Shown: positions 37,712 through 50,805 of the stretch, one piece after another
How the letters are laid out: the number at the start of each line of letters is the position of its first letter
How positions within the stretch are numbered: position 1 is the first letter of the stretch
From: Octopus vulgaris
Lineage: Eukaryota
Assembly: GCA_951406725.2 (NCBI GenBank)
Contig: OX597822.1
Span: forward strand, 63,550,001 to 63,614,000
Direction: 5' to 3'
Length of the DNA: 64,000 nt
Translations under genes and position numbers: made by a program
The notes under the pieces: generated by a model
What the model saw: only the letters and a program-made list of their open reading frames with translations
Databases searched by the model: none
Told to the model about the DNA's origin: nothing

Positions 37712-38414
37712 AGGCACAATGCAAGATGTTTTGTAATGATCATTGTGATTAATAAAGTTTCCAGTATAGTCTATCTTCTGTATCCATTGCTTCTACCACA
37801 CACACACACACACACACATATATAAGATGGGCTTCCTTCAGTTTCCATCTAACACATCCACTCGTAAGCCTTTGGTCAGCCCAGGCCTATTGTAAAAGTC
37901 ACTTGCCCAAGGTGTTATGCTGTGGAACTGAACCCAGAACCATGTGGTTGGGAAGAAAACTTCACAACCACTCAGCCATGTCTATATTAGAAATCCATAT
38001 TATGCTTGAGTGAGTAATGTGGGTAATATCTTGCCTAACCTTGGGTAGACAATAAATACATTATCTTGCTTCACTCCGTCCTGTATGCTGGTTCTCCTTT
38101 TATGAATACCTGAGAGGATTGATCGATTGATTTTTCAGAAATCCCAGTATAGAAAAATCAAACAAGAATAAAAATATTTTATTGATCTGCAAGAAAGGAG
38201 GATGATGTAAAGACAGTTAATGGCAATATTATAATAATTGAATAATAATAATTCTATAATAATTGAACAGACGTTTTTGATTTGTAACTTGAAATAGTAA
38301 TGAATTTAACTTAATTAGAGTTAAAATTATTTCTTTATAATTTTTTTGCTTTTAAGAAAACTTTATGTCTCTCTCTCTCTCTCTCTCTCTACATATATAT
38401 ATAAATGTATGTAA

Positions 38415-38577
38415 AAAGGCAGTGGTATGGTGGTGTGGTAAGAAGTTTGCTTTCCAGCCACACGGTTCCAAGTTCAGTCCCACTGTGTGGCACCTTGGGC
38501 AAGTGTCATCTACCATAGCTTCAGTGATGACCAAAACTTGAGTGGATTTGATAGATGGAGACTGTAGGAATTCCATC

Positions 38578-38610
<33 letters not shown>

Positions 38611-38695
38611 AGTGACTTTGTGTCTGTGTTTGTCCCCCACCAACTCTTGACAACCAGTGTTGGTTTGTTTATCCTCAAGGTGGCACTCCAGCACT
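38415..38695 (+). mobile_element. SINE family A, deleted
   Basis: GTGTGGTAAGAAGTTTGC...GCACCTTGGGCAAGTGTC. Confidence 0.8.
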
Positions 38696-38735
38696 AAAAC
38701 ATGGAAAAAATAAGACATATCTATCTGTCTGTCTG

Positions 38736-39257
38736 TATGCTGTGCTTGAGAAAACCCATCAAGCCTAGTGAAATTGTAGTTGTGGCCCATGAAGACAGCT
38801 GTGTAAAGAAGTGCTGATCTCTAAACTGTGGAGGCAAGAGGTAGACTCAGGAAGGCATGTGGAAGAGGTAGACCCAGGAAGACATGGGATGAGGTGCTGG
38901 AGCATTGGGTTTCATGGAGACAATACAAGTGACCTTTGGTGTATGCAATGCTTAAGAAGCCTTATCAAGTCATGTGAAATCATAGTTGTGGCTGATGCCA
39001 GTGTCACATAACTGACACCCATGCCAGTGACTCATAAAAGCACCTGTGCCGGTGGCACGGGAGAAGCACCCATTACACTCTTGGCATGATTGGCATTAAG
39101 AAGGACATCCAGCTGTAGAAGCCATGCCAAACCAGACAGGAACTTGGTGCAGCTTTCCGGCTTAACAGTTCCAGTCAAACCGTTTAATCCATGCCAGTAT
39201 GGAAAGCAGACATTAAATGATGATGATGAAATGATGATGATGATGATGATGATGATA
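38736..39257 (+). mobile_element. Rearranged RTE-LINE 3' fragment
   Basis: GACAGCTGTGTAAAGAAGTG, GGAAGAGGTAGACCCAGGAAGACATGG (GRGRPRKTW), 3' UTR and (GAT)n. Confidence 0.82.
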
Positions 39258-39717
39258 ATGACATATATAGATTATAGATATATTTATAGATATATATCTA
39301 ATGTTGATATTTTTCTGAGTACAAATGTATGAGAAAGGAAGTTTTGAGGAATCATCACTCAATGAAGTTTTATTGATCTTTGTCGAATGGAAGTATCTAG
39401 ATGAAACTGAAAGCTGTTGACTGCTGAAATATTGATTATGAATTAATCTCTGATTGATGCTATTGGTGAATATGAAATGATAAGTGTTGTTAAAGATCTG
39501 GAATAACTGCTTTGGCCATGGAAATTACAAGCAATATTTTAATCTAGGTTATTCATGTAACTATAGGTAGCAGATCAGGATGGAAATGGTGTTCATATAA
39601 TTAGTATAGAAGTGATTATCGACAGCTCTAAGTATTGAATATGCTGCTGTGGGTCAGATAATGTAGTGCTAAATATGCTGTCTGAAACCAGAAAGAAAAG
39701 ATGTAATAGTCCCTTGG

Positions 39718-39920
39718 ACTATAGGTGCAAAGCCTGAAATTTTTTTAGCAGAGGTGTAGTTGATTACATCAACCCTAGTATTTAAATGGTACTCATTTTA
39801 TTGACCCTGACCAAAAGGATGAAAGGCAAAGTTCACCTCAGCAGGAATTTGAACTTGGAATATGAAGCTGGAAGAAGTGCCCTGAAGCATTTTGTCCAGC
39901 ACAGTAACAATTCTGTAATA
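39718..39920 (-). mobile_element. SINE family B
   Basis: AAGGATGAAAGGCAAAGTTCACCTCAGCAGGAATTTGAAC. Confidence 0.8.
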
Positions 39921-40859
39921 ATAATAGCATAGCTGAAAGTTCTTTGATCATAAACCTGCTACCTGGATAAAGGCTTACCTGGGTATTTTCTCAATTTATT
40001 GATTTCTGTCAGTTTGCCATTCTTGAAAAATAAAGTTTCTCTAAATTATTGTAGTTAAGAAACTTGCTCTACAACATCATGGTTTCAGGTTCAGTCCCAC
40101 TGTCGAGTGTCTTCTACTATAGCCCTGGGGCAACCCAATGCATTGTAAGTGAATTTGGTAGACGAAAACTGTGTGGAAGCCTGCTGCATCTATCTATCTG
40201 TCTGTCTGTCTGTCTCTATATGTGTGTGTATCTTTATGTTTATCTTTGTTCCTTACCACTGCTTGATGATGAATTTTGCTTTGTTTTACTTCCCCATAAC
40301 CAGGCAGTTCATCAAAGGAGATACCAGATTTTAAGAAAAAAAAAAATCAAAGAAGTTGATATTTTTTTACTAAACCCTTCATGGTGGTACACCAGCACGG
40401 CTGCTACCAAGTAACTGGTGCAACCCAAAAACATAAGAGAAATTTAACCACAATGGTTGCTGTAACAAGATCAGTCAGGGTCAACACAATCTCTTTGTTC
40501 CCATAACAAGGAGCACAACAGCATTCAATATCCAGAATGTCAACAGTGTTCTTAGAAATACCATTGGACTAATTTAACCCATTTAATACCAACCTACCCA
40601 TGACTGACCTGGATCTATAATACACGTTTCCTGTTTTAAATTGAGCTAAATTAAAACCTTTCATCAAAATTCCGTTTTATGTTCCCAACGTTAATTTCAA
40701 TATATATGTGAAAACACCCTCTTGTCTGCTGTTGAAATTTGGCCTCCATTCACATTTTAAAATCATCTGATGACAAAGTACTAAGAATAAAAAAAAAATT
40801 CATGCCATGGCCCTTTTAGTACCAACCTGCTTGAGTCCACTCCTAGTTCTATGTTTTAA

Positions 40860-41081
40860 CCCTTTCGTTACCAACCCGGCTGAAACCGGCTCTGGCTCTG
40901 TTGTACAAATGTCTTGTTTTCTTATGGTTTCCATTAAAATCTACCACCAAACCTTAGTCACAATTTATGTACCTAGTACTAGCTGAATGATAACTTTGTT
41001 ATTTTACTAAATTTTTTGTTATATTTAAAGTAATATGAAAGAAACACAGAGCATTTCAAAATAAATACAGTAACAAAAGGG
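40860..41081 (+). mobile_element. piggyBac-type MITE (family P1), with decayed relatives at about 40575-40700, 40811-40855 and 41270-41385
   Basis: TTAA|CCCTTTCGTTAC...GTAACAAAAGGG|TAAA, homologous to 12874-13097. Confidence 0.85.
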
Positions 41082-41393
41082 TAAAAGTGCTTAGAACAGC
41101 AGTTCTAAACTGTAACTCCTTCTGGTGGCTCTTGGTGTTCCTTCTATAAATGTAAATTTTTCTTTAATTAACTCGGGTTTATTTTTCTTTGTGTGAACCC
41201 CTAAAAATATCCAGGTTTTGGGTCTGGCTTTGGATATTAAGAAGATTGAGAAGTACTTGTTGCAAACCTTCCATTGAAATTCCACTTTATGTCCCAAACA
41301 CCATCTTCATAATTACTATGTGATTTTACTAAATTCTTTATTATTTTCAAAATTAATTAAAATAATGGCAGTGTTTCAAGGGTTAATGGGTAA

Positions 41394-42011
41394 CCCTTTA
41401 GCATTTACATTAATCTGTAAAATGTAATGCTTACTTACTCTTTACTCTCTTTTCACTCTTTTACTTGTTTCAGTCATTTGACTGTGGCCATGCTGGAGCA
41501 CCGCCTTTAGTCGAGCAAATTGACCCCAGGACTTATTCGTTGTAAGCCTAGTACTTATTCTATCGGTCTCTTTTGCTGAACCACTAAGTTACGAGGAAGT
41601 AAACACACCAGCATTGGTTGTCAAGTGATGTTGGGAGGGACAAACACAGACACACACACACAGATGTACATACGATGGGCTTCTTTCAGTTTCCATCTAC
41701 CAAATCCACTCACAAGGCTTTGGTCGGCCTGATGCTATAGTAGAGGACACTTGCCCAAGGTGCCACGCAGTGGGACTGAACCCGGAACCATGTGGTTCGT
41801 AAGCAAGCTACTTGCCACACAACCACTCCTACTTATTCATATTGTTTTCAATTATTCATGCAATATCTTGTAGCTTCGAAATTTCAATGATGTGATTATT
41901 TATTTTAGAAATGGCATTGTAGGGTAAGTGCGAGAGGCTGGATCTGGCTGATTTGAACATAAACTGGGTAGAATATATGGGTTGGATATGACCAGTTTAA
42001 ATGCTAAAGGG
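41394..42011 (+). mobile_element. piggyBac-type MITE (family P2) interrupted by SINE A
   Basis: TIRs CCCTTTAGCATTTA / TAAATGCTAAAGGG followed by TTAA. Confidence 0.85.
41435..41830 (-). mobile_element. SINE family A nested in the P2 MITE
   Basis: Near-consensus full copy. Confidence 0.92.
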
Positions 42012-42496
42012 TTAAAATACTTGCCTAGAAAAACTAGGTCAAGGGAAGGAAACTACAACTCATTTATGTAAGTTTTTGCTGTTCATGTTGTGGGGAACAT
42101 TGTAAATGCACAATGGTGCCTGCTGAAAGCTTTGAACAGCCTGATGGATATAATTTAAAACATTGATGTTTTAAATGCAGTACATTTATTTGACTGTGGC
42201 ATGAATCTGTTTTGAGTTATAAGTTATTGATCAAACGGCTTGTTTACTGCAATTATTGATTGAGGCTAAGAGTTCTAATGATGGGATTGTTGACTTAGAA
42301 AATGTTGATAGACTAGTAACATCCATTAAGATGGCTGTGGTTTAAGAACTAATCCCCACCCCCACCCCCACCGGTATCCTTTTTGCTTTCTAGACTACAG
42401 GATCTGATGACATATCACTTCATCAAATATTTAGTATTGTTGTTTATTTAGGTGAAGAAATTAATGTGGTGGCTAAAAAAAATTCTGTTTCATATG

Positions 42497-42680
42497 TACG
42501 AGGGAGTGCTGAAAAGTTATTGGTTTTAAGGGTATCCCAAGAAGCCTGGTTGGCAGCCTTAGTAAAACTGAAGGACCTCTGCAATAAGGGTATAAATCTG
42601 TGAGGGGAATATGTTGAATAAAATCATAATTAACTAATCCTCCTGTATTTTCTTTTATCCAAAGTTAGGAACTTTACAGG
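42497..42680 (+). mobile_element. Mariner-derived MITE
   Basis: TACGAGGGAGTGCTGAAAAGTT TIR-like start, GGGGAATATGTTGAATAA (GEYVE*, a typical mariner C-terminus) and a decayed right TIR. Confidence 0.7.
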
Positions 42681-42754
42681 CAGTGCCAAAACAGCTGTGC
42701 CAAAACATCCCATGCTGAAAGAATTATGCCATAGTTGCACAAGTTTTAGAAGTC

Positions 42755-42968
42755 CCATCCATCCGTCCGTCTATCCATCCATCTGTCCGTCTGTCTGTCC
42801 GTCCGTCCGTCTGTTCGACGACTGCCTGTCCGTCCATCCACCTGTCCGTCCATCTGTCTGTCTGTCCATCCGTCTGTCCGTCCATCTGTCTGTCCGTCCA
42901 GCCATCTGTCCGTCTGTCTGTCCATCTATCTATCTATCTGTCTATCTATCTATCTATCTATCTATCTA
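42755..42968. repeat. Compound (TCCA/TCCG/TCTG/TCTA)n tetranucleotide repeat
   Basis: Directly visible. Confidence 0.95.
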
Positions 42969-43041
42969 ATTGGTCAGTTCATAAGTCCAAAAAGAAGCAT
43001 GCTCTAATAAATTCTGAGCAGTAATATTTAATGTAGTTGTT

Positions 43042-43284
43042 GGTTATGGCCAGTCAGGGAGTTACCATTGGCTTTGGACCGATAATGCTTTTAGTGATAT
43101 AGGCCATCGGTGAGAGCTGCTGGACAGAGGCACAGAACCTCTCTACCACAGGAAGTAGACTGTATTCCTACCTTCAGTGGTAGAGAGGTTATGTACCGCT
43201 GGCCAGCAGCTCTCACTGGTGACCTATATCGTTAAGAGCATTATAGTTGCAAAACCAATGTGAATTCCTTGACTGACCATAACC
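43042..43284. repeat. Long imperfect inverted repeat (108-bp arms, 27-nt spacer)
   Basis: 43042-43149 aligns ungapped to the reverse complement of 43177-43284 with about 19 mismatches by manual count. Confidence 0.92.
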
Positions 43285-43289
43285 TACAG

Positions 43290-43645
43290 TATTGGTTTTA
43301 TGTATATGACCATTTTATTAGAAGGGTTTTATAGTGGAGGTTATTTTATTAGGAGTGGTTTTCCAGTGTAGGTCAGCATGTTTGGAATGGTTTTTATATT
43401 TAGGGTCAACATATCATTGGAATGGTCTGCGTTATTCCAGAGTGGTCTTATAAATGTAGATCAGCATTTTATTGGTGGTGGTTTTATAGTGCATGTATGT
43501 GCCATCATTGCATTGCAGGTGGGATGGGGTTGTACTGAAGGTTAGCATAGGATCGGAGTTGTCTATGGTGTAGGTCAGCATTTTTCATTGGAGAGGTTTT
43601 TAAAATGTAGTTGAAGACTTAATTGGAGTGGTTGTACAGCTCAGG
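43290..43645. repeat. Degenerate minisatellite, unit about 35 bp (TTGGAGTGGTTTTATAGTGTAGGTCAGCAT-like)
   Basis: Recurring GGAGTGGT/GGAATGGT and TAGGTCAGCAT motifs. Confidence 0.7.
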
Positions 43646-44656
43646 CTTCATCATATAAGTCACCAGAAGGCAATGAACTATTTTGACAGCTACGAAGTTC
43701 TCATGTCCCCTTCCTTATACCATTCACAGTCAACAAAAACAAATATATTAACCTAGTTTACTCTGGCCAAAACTAAACTATTCTGAACTATGAAGATTGT
43801 TGAAACCCATGTCTGATGACAGGGTTTCATTTGAAGGGCTGGATCCCTTTATAATACCAAAGAAAAAAAAAAGAAGACTAAAAAAAACCCACCACCAAAA
43901 TTGATTTCTCTTCTACTCTGTTAAACTTTGAACTTTTGTAGGATCACAGAATGACTTCTCCCCCTACTCTACTCAACCCACTCTCAACAATCTCTGCCTT
44001 GGTTAAAAGTAAGTAGACAGTTGTGGGTTTTTATAAAAATAGAACACAATTTAGCAATCTTTTCTTGTGGTATCTACCAGCACCTCCTGTGAGTGGGAGA
44101 ATATTCCGGCTGACTGATAGTGGCGACGTCGGTGGTTGATAGAGAAAAAAATGATGAATTGCTTGTGAAGTAAATGGTGGATGTTGTATGGGTATATTAC
44201 AAGAATAACTGACAATTACAACGTGCCTTTCAAAATGAGATTTAATATCAAATAAGAAGCATCAACATTGCTTCACATACCTGCTGTAGAATATTCAGAA
44301 TACATATTCTGAATATTTATGTTTGTAAAGACACTGCCATCAATTTCCTGTTCGATAGCATCACCACCTTGCCTTTGCATGACTTCAGCATTTGGAAGGC
44401 TTTTGGGCCCAGGCCTCTGACTAGAAGAAGATACACGTGTTGTGGTTTTTTTTTTTTTTAATCCTCAACCTGGAGGCTCTGCAAAATGGACACAGGCATT
44501 ACTTTGCTTTTTCTGACTAACCTATAAAAAAACAAACAAAAGACCCCCACCAAATTAATAAAAGCAGTCTTCTGAGATCTAATGATTCCTTTAAGAATAA
44601 CTGTTGAGAAATTAGGATTTATATATACATGTGTATGTGTGTACAAATTTGCCCAG

Positions 44657-45124
44657 CGAAATCAAATTCGATGACTGGCATCCATGCTAGTGGAGCACTA
44701 AGAGCACCATCTGAGCGTGATCGCTTCCAGAGCAGCTGACTAGCTTCTGTGCCGGTGGCACATATAAAGCACCATTCGAGTGCAATTGTTACCAGCGTCA
44801 CCTTACTGGCACATGAAAAAACATTCGAGCGAGGTTGTTGCCAGTGCCGCTGGACTGGCTCCTCTGCAGGCAGGTGGCACGTAAAAAACACCATTTGAGC
44901 ATGGGCACTTCCAGTACTGCCTGACTGGCCCTTGTGCCGGTGGCATGTAAAAGCACCCACTACACTCTCTAAGTGGTTGGTGTTAGGAAGGGCATCCAGC
45001 TGTAGAAACTCTGTCAGATCAGATTGGAGCCTGGTGCAGCCATCTGGTTCACCAGTCCTCTGTCAAATCATTCAGCCCATGCTAGCATGGAAAGCAGATG
45101 TTAAACGATGATGATGATGATGAT
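44657..45124 (+). mobile_element. RTE-LINE 3' UTR
   Basis: Modular 3' UTR and (GAT)n tail. An older related tail lies at 45300-45546. Confidence 0.88.
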
Positions 45125-45261
45125 GTGTGTGAAAAGTTGAACAACAAAAGTGCTTACTCACAATAATATACACAATGCAAAAACTGATTTCCAAAAGGCA
45201 TATGGAATTCTATTTTTCAAAAACAGAAACTTTTTCTAAATAGTTAATAACTTTTGAGAAA

Positions 45262-45301
<40 letters not shown>

Positions 45302-46699
45302 GAGTTTTGTCTTGCAAGCTACTTGGTGACTTTGTTGGTGCTAGTTTCACATAAAAACCACTGGTGCTGCTGCCACATAAAAAGCACCCAGTGTACTGTG
45401 CAAAGTGATGATGTTAGGAATGGCATCCAGCTGTAGAAACCATGCCAAAAACAGACAATGCAACCTGGTATGGCTCCTGGCTTTGCCAGCTCCTGTCAAA
45501 CCGTGAAACCCATGCCAGCATGGAAAATAGATGTTAAATGATGATGTATGTATGTATGTATGTATGTATGTAACATAATACCTTGAACTGGAGTTCAAAT
45601 TCTTCCTTGTTCAATTTTGCCTTTCATTCCTCCAGGCTTGATAAAAGAAAGCACCAATCAAGTACTGGTTTGATGATATCACCTCCCCCTCCTGCACACC
45701 TCTCAAAATTTCTGGCCTTGTGCCTAAATTAGAAACAATTATTTTGTGCCAGGAAGTGTGAGAAGAGGAGGAGGAGGAGGATGATAAACAGTACTTCATA
45801 GCCATTTTAGGCTCTGCTGGGTTGGGATTGTAGATAGGAACAGCTGGGCGATTGTTAAGTCATACAGTTTAAAAATCCACATTTACAAAAAAAAGAAAAA
45901 AAAAGGAAAGGAAAGAAAAATTTGAAGGTCAATAGTTGAAAGGAAATAAAAAAACATAGGCATTATGAGGGGAAAAAAAGAAGATTGACTAACTGACTGA
46001 CTAAACTGGGTAGTAGCTTAAACTGTTTTGTCAAAAATCATTATTACATCATCCTTTAAGTTACCAGTTGGCTTCAGAGAATAACTTGTTTATATTTTAA
46101 ATTAATGAGCTCTGGGTTTAGCAAGAAATGAGAAGCTATGAACCAGTTAGTTGTATGATTTCTATTGCAGATATTGTAATCATACTCTGTCTGGGTGTGT
46201 CTCTATACTTGTTAGATGAAATGACTGCAAAAAAAAAAAAAAAAAACACAACCCCCACCCCCAAATTTACTTTCACTTCCACTCACCTTCTCCTTGCTAT
46301 ACCACTTGTTCATATTTGCCACATAATTACAATCTGGCTATTTGTTGGTTTTAAAATTTCTTTATTCTTTATTTTTTAGTTCATGTTTTCCTAAACAACT
46401 CTTCTACATTCTTAACTTGTGTTTTTTTTTTTCTGGTTAGCAGTCTTTGTCAGTATTTATTCAGAATTTATCATTTTTTTTGTTTCTTTTCTTTTTCTCT
46501 GTCTTCTTTTTAAATGAAAACGAAAAAAAAAAGAAAAGAAAAAAAGGGTTATATTGAATCTGTTTCATTGCTGCCATTTATTATCATAGTTACTCTAAAA
46601 AGGTGTCAAGATAAAGTTGACTCAGCTGGGATTTGAACTTGGAACAGTTGAGTCATCATCCCCCTCAACAGTATTGTTCTGGTATCCACTTTCCTAACC

Positions 46700-47705
46700 T
46701 CTTACCTTTTACCTTTCACTTGTTTCAGTCAATTAGACCGCGGTCATGCTGGGGCACTGCTTTACTCTTTCCATTCTTTTTACATGTTTCAACCATTTGA
46801 CTATGGCCATGCTGGAGCGCTGCCTTAACCCTTTCATTACTGTATTTATTTCGATGTTCTGTGTTTCTTTCAATTATTTTAAATATAACAAAGAATTTAG
46901 TAAAATAACTTAATTATCATTAAGCTACTGTTAGGAATGTAAATTGTGACTAAGGCTTGGTGGAAGATTTTAATTCAAGACATTTTACCACAGAGCCAGA
47001 GCCAGTTTTAGCTGGGTTAGTAACAAAAGAGTTAATGGGTTTTAGTTGAAAAACTTGACCAAAGCCTAGTGCTTATTCTGTTGGTCTCTTTTGTTGAACC
47101 ATTAAGTTATAGGGACATAAACATACCAACATTGGTTATTAAGCAATGGGGAGGGACAAACAAAGACACACCCTTATAAATATACATACATACACACACA
47201 CACATATATGATGGGCTTCCTTCAGTTTCGATCTACCCAATCCACACACAAGGCTTTGGTCAGCCCAAGGTGCTACACAGCGAGACTGAACCTGGAACCA
47301 TGTGGTTAGGAAGCAAGCTTCTTACCACACAGCCATACCTTGAAGGAATTTTTAGTCAAATAAATTGATCCTGGTGCTTATTTTCTTTTTTTAACCCTGG
47401 TACTTATTCTATCAGTCTCTTTTGCTGAACCACTAAGTTATAGGTATGTAAACATATTAGCACTGGTCGTCAAGCAGCAGTGGGAGAGAAACGCACACAT
47501 AAAGACACACACATAAACACACACACACATATAGATATGTACATACACGATGGGCTTCTTTCAGTTTCCCTCTCCCAAATTCTCTCACAAGGCTTTGGTC
47601 GGCCCAAAGCTATAGTAGAAGACACTTGCCCAAGGTGACATGCAGTGGGACTGAACCTGTAACTATGTGGTTGGTAAACAAACTTCTTACCACATAGCCA
47701 CACCA
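46700..47705 (-). mobile_element. SINE A (46700-46762 plus 47339-47705) interrupted by another SINE A (46763-47338)
   Basis: The outer copy breaks at GGGGCACTGC and resumes at CTTGAAGGAATTTTTAGTC. Confidence 0.75.
46829..47031 (-). mobile_element. piggyBac-type MITE (family P1) inside the inner SINE A
   Basis: TTAA on both sides; reverse complement of the P1 body. Confidence 0.88.
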
Positions 47706-47920
47706 TGCTTGCATAGGTCTGATGGAATTTGCTGAGTCAGATTTTCTATAGCCAGATGCTCTTCCTGATGCCAACCCTCATCTGCTGGGGATAGAAAGCA
47801 AGCATGGGGAAATAATATTTCCAAGCAAGGTATTGTTTCCCCATGACCAGATATGACATGTTTTGATGACAGACACTATTCCTATAGCAGTGATATTTGT
47901 TCTTTCACAACTATCATGTG

Positions 47921-47958
<38 letters not shown>

Positions 47959-48239
47959 TAGGTGTTTTTCCATGTAGAAAGCACATATGCTGTCACCATG
48001 TAAAAATCACCCTGTATTGCTGGCATCATGTAAAAAACACCCAGTACACTCTCAACTGTTGAATTCATACCAAAACAGATGACTGGGGCCTGGTGCAGCC
48101 TTCCAGCTTGCCACCTCTGGTCAAACCATCCAACCCATGTCAACATAGAAAACAGACATTAAATGATGATGATGACAAGGAGGAAATCTACTCACAAGGC
48201 TTTGGTTGTCCTGAGTCTATCATAAAAATAATGATTTCT

Positions 48240-48856
48240 TAGTGACCGAGACCTCTTGACTAGTGACTGAGACCTTTGGAAATATGCTGTGCTTGAGAAG
48301 ACCCAGCAAGCCAAGTGAGACCATAACCTCGTGGCCTATGCCAGGGGTGTAACCAGCTCACTTATGCATGCTTTTCCTTCATTGGACACTAAACTTTGCT
48401 TGCGAAGACCTGTTGAGGCAAGTGAAATCGAAATCAAATTCGATGACTGGCACCCGTGCCAGTTAAGAGCACCATCCGAGCGTAATCATTGCCAGAGCAG
48501 CAAACTGGCTTCTGTGCTGGTGACATGTAAAAAGCACCATTCGAGCGTGATCGTTACCCGCGTTGCCTTACTGGCACTTGAAAAAACATTCAAGTGAGGT
48601 CATTGTCAGTGCCGCTGGACTGGCTCCTGTGCAGGTGGCACGTAAAAAACACCATTTGAACATGGCCATTGCCAGTACTGTCTGACTGGCCCTCATGCCG
48701 GTGGCACGTAAAAGCACCCACTATACTCTTGGAGTGGTTGATGTTAGGAAGGGCATCCAGCTGTAGAAACATTGCCAGATCAGATTGGAGCCCTTAGTCA
48801 AATCGTCCGACCCATGCTAGCATGGAAAGCGGACGTTAAATGATGATGATGATGAT
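48240..48856 (+). mobile_element. RTE-LINE 3' end (ORF end plus UTR)
   Basis: DLWKYAVLEK followed by a UTR collinear with 51141-51920. An older tail lies at about 47960-48176. Confidence 0.88.
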
Positions 48857-49295
48857 TATGGCAGCACAAGGCCTCAGATTTAGGAAAGGACTATAGTTGA
48901 TGATTAAATCAATTCCAGTATATGACTAGAACTTTCTTTTATTGACCCAAGAAGAATTAAAGGCAAGAGTTGACTTTGGAAGAATTATCATAGAGATAAT
49001 AGTATGATTTTAATCTCTGCCATTTAAAAATAACCAAAGCACTATGTAGTAGATTGTATCTGGATAATCTCAATAGATAAAACTATAAAATATAGTATGG
49101 TATATTTGATGTACTGGTACTAGAAATAAATTACTTTCTAATATTTGATTGATTAATTAAGGCTGTACGACAGCCTAATGAGAAAGCTTCAACTAACGAG
49201 AAAGCTTCTGAGATCATTTGACCTGCTAGAAATAGCAACCAAAATTTTCTCAAATGACACCCTAGAGTCTTTTTTAAAGAAGGGATGCTTTAGAT

Positions 49296-49607
49296 CAGTG
49301 TTTCTCAACTTTTTTACCCTTGTGTAACCCTTAAAATAAATTACATCTCTCAAGGAACCCCTGCACAGAAAGGTTATATACCCTGTCTTTCTCTTATTTT
49401 TTCATTGTAATTCATGCTGTTAATATCACATATATATATATATATACACAATTATATATAATGTATGTATATGCACATATAATGTGCATGTGTAGTAATA
49501 TTACAATCATGAAATTAGCATTAGTTTATCTCACTCTTTCTCGCGGAATCCCTAGGAACCTTTTGTGGAACCCTAGGGTCCCAGGGAGCCCTGGTTGAGA
49601 AATGCTG
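49296..49607. mobile_element. hAT (Charlie-like) MITE
   Basis: TIRs CAGTGTTTCTCAAC / GTTGAGAAATGCTG; 8-bp TSD CTTTAGAT / CATTAGAT (7/8). Confidence 0.85.
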
Positions 49608-49771
49608 CATTAGATAATGTAGTCCTAGAAATGAAATGCTCAAGAATACATCAAGTAATGTTGTCTTAGATACTTCATGTCTGAATTAAAGATGGGATGG
49701 TCAAGAGTACATTCTGTAATGTAGTCCTAGATACACTGTCTGAATAAAAGAGGATGCATTGGGTAATGTCA

Positions 49772-50200
49772 TCTGTTTATATAAAAGGCAGGATGTGTGT
49801 GTGTGTGTGTGTGTGTACGTGAATGTAATCTATGCACGTCCACAAATTAGTACACATGTTGCTCCAATTTTAGGAGGACATTCGTCATGATCCTAGCTGT
49901 ATTTTTGTCAACTTATTTTTCCCAGAGGCACCAACGAATAGCAGTAAAAATATATTTTCAACCAAAACTTTTAAGAATTTTCAAATCGGAGAAATCACCA
50001 TTGTTTGCAAACAGGAGTTAAGTCCCCTTCTAGCAACAAATAAGTTTTTGTTAAGACTTCTGTTGTTTTTTTTCCATCGAGGAAAAAAGTGTTTTTCTGA
50101 TATACGGGCAACACACACACACGATCATGTATGCGTACAAAAAACATGTTTGCAATAGGTGTACGTACGTACGTGTATGTATGTGTGTGTGTGTGTGTGT

Positions 50201-50246
<46 letters not shown>

Positions 50247-50366
50247 AATTTCAACAGATTTTGCCCAAATTTGTCGTTGATGTTACTTAGTTTGGTTTGA
50301 AATAAAGAACTTGATTAGCTTAATAATCTTAATTTAATCCCAGGCAAAGCCGGGTTATACTGCTAG
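49772..50366 (+). mobile_element. Non-autonomous Helitron
   Basis: A|TC start, CTAG|T end, subterminal hairpin CCCAGGC-AAA-GCCGGG and no TSD. Removing it restores the host repeat unit GTAATGTCA|TCTTAAATA..TCTGAATAAAAG. Confidence 0.8.
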
Positions 50367-50805
50367 TCTTAAATATTCTGTTTCTGAATAAAAGGTAGGA
50401 TGACACAGGCTGGAGTGCCTTGGGCCAGTTAGCCTGCTTGATCTCAGGGCTTACTCAGGGCTAAACAACAACAGCAGCAGCAACAGCAGCACTAGCACAT
50501 TTCAATTTTCATAAAGAAATGATGAAACATTAGCAAGTTACTATCAGTATCTATCTTATCTTTTGCCATAAATCTTTTGACTGTCATGTGCTGTGAATTT
50601 TTTTTTTATCTAAGAAAACAATCTCAGCTTCAACGAACCTAGATTCACCTGCTGAAGTAGGTATAGAATATAGAGGTCAAGCTAATATAAATGTTGACTT
50701 GGTTGTTCAATCTTCTCCCAAAAATTGATGAAATAAGTATCATCAATGATAAAAAAAAAAGGAGGGTGGTGGCTCTATCTTTGGCATCACTTTTTTTATT
50801 CACCC

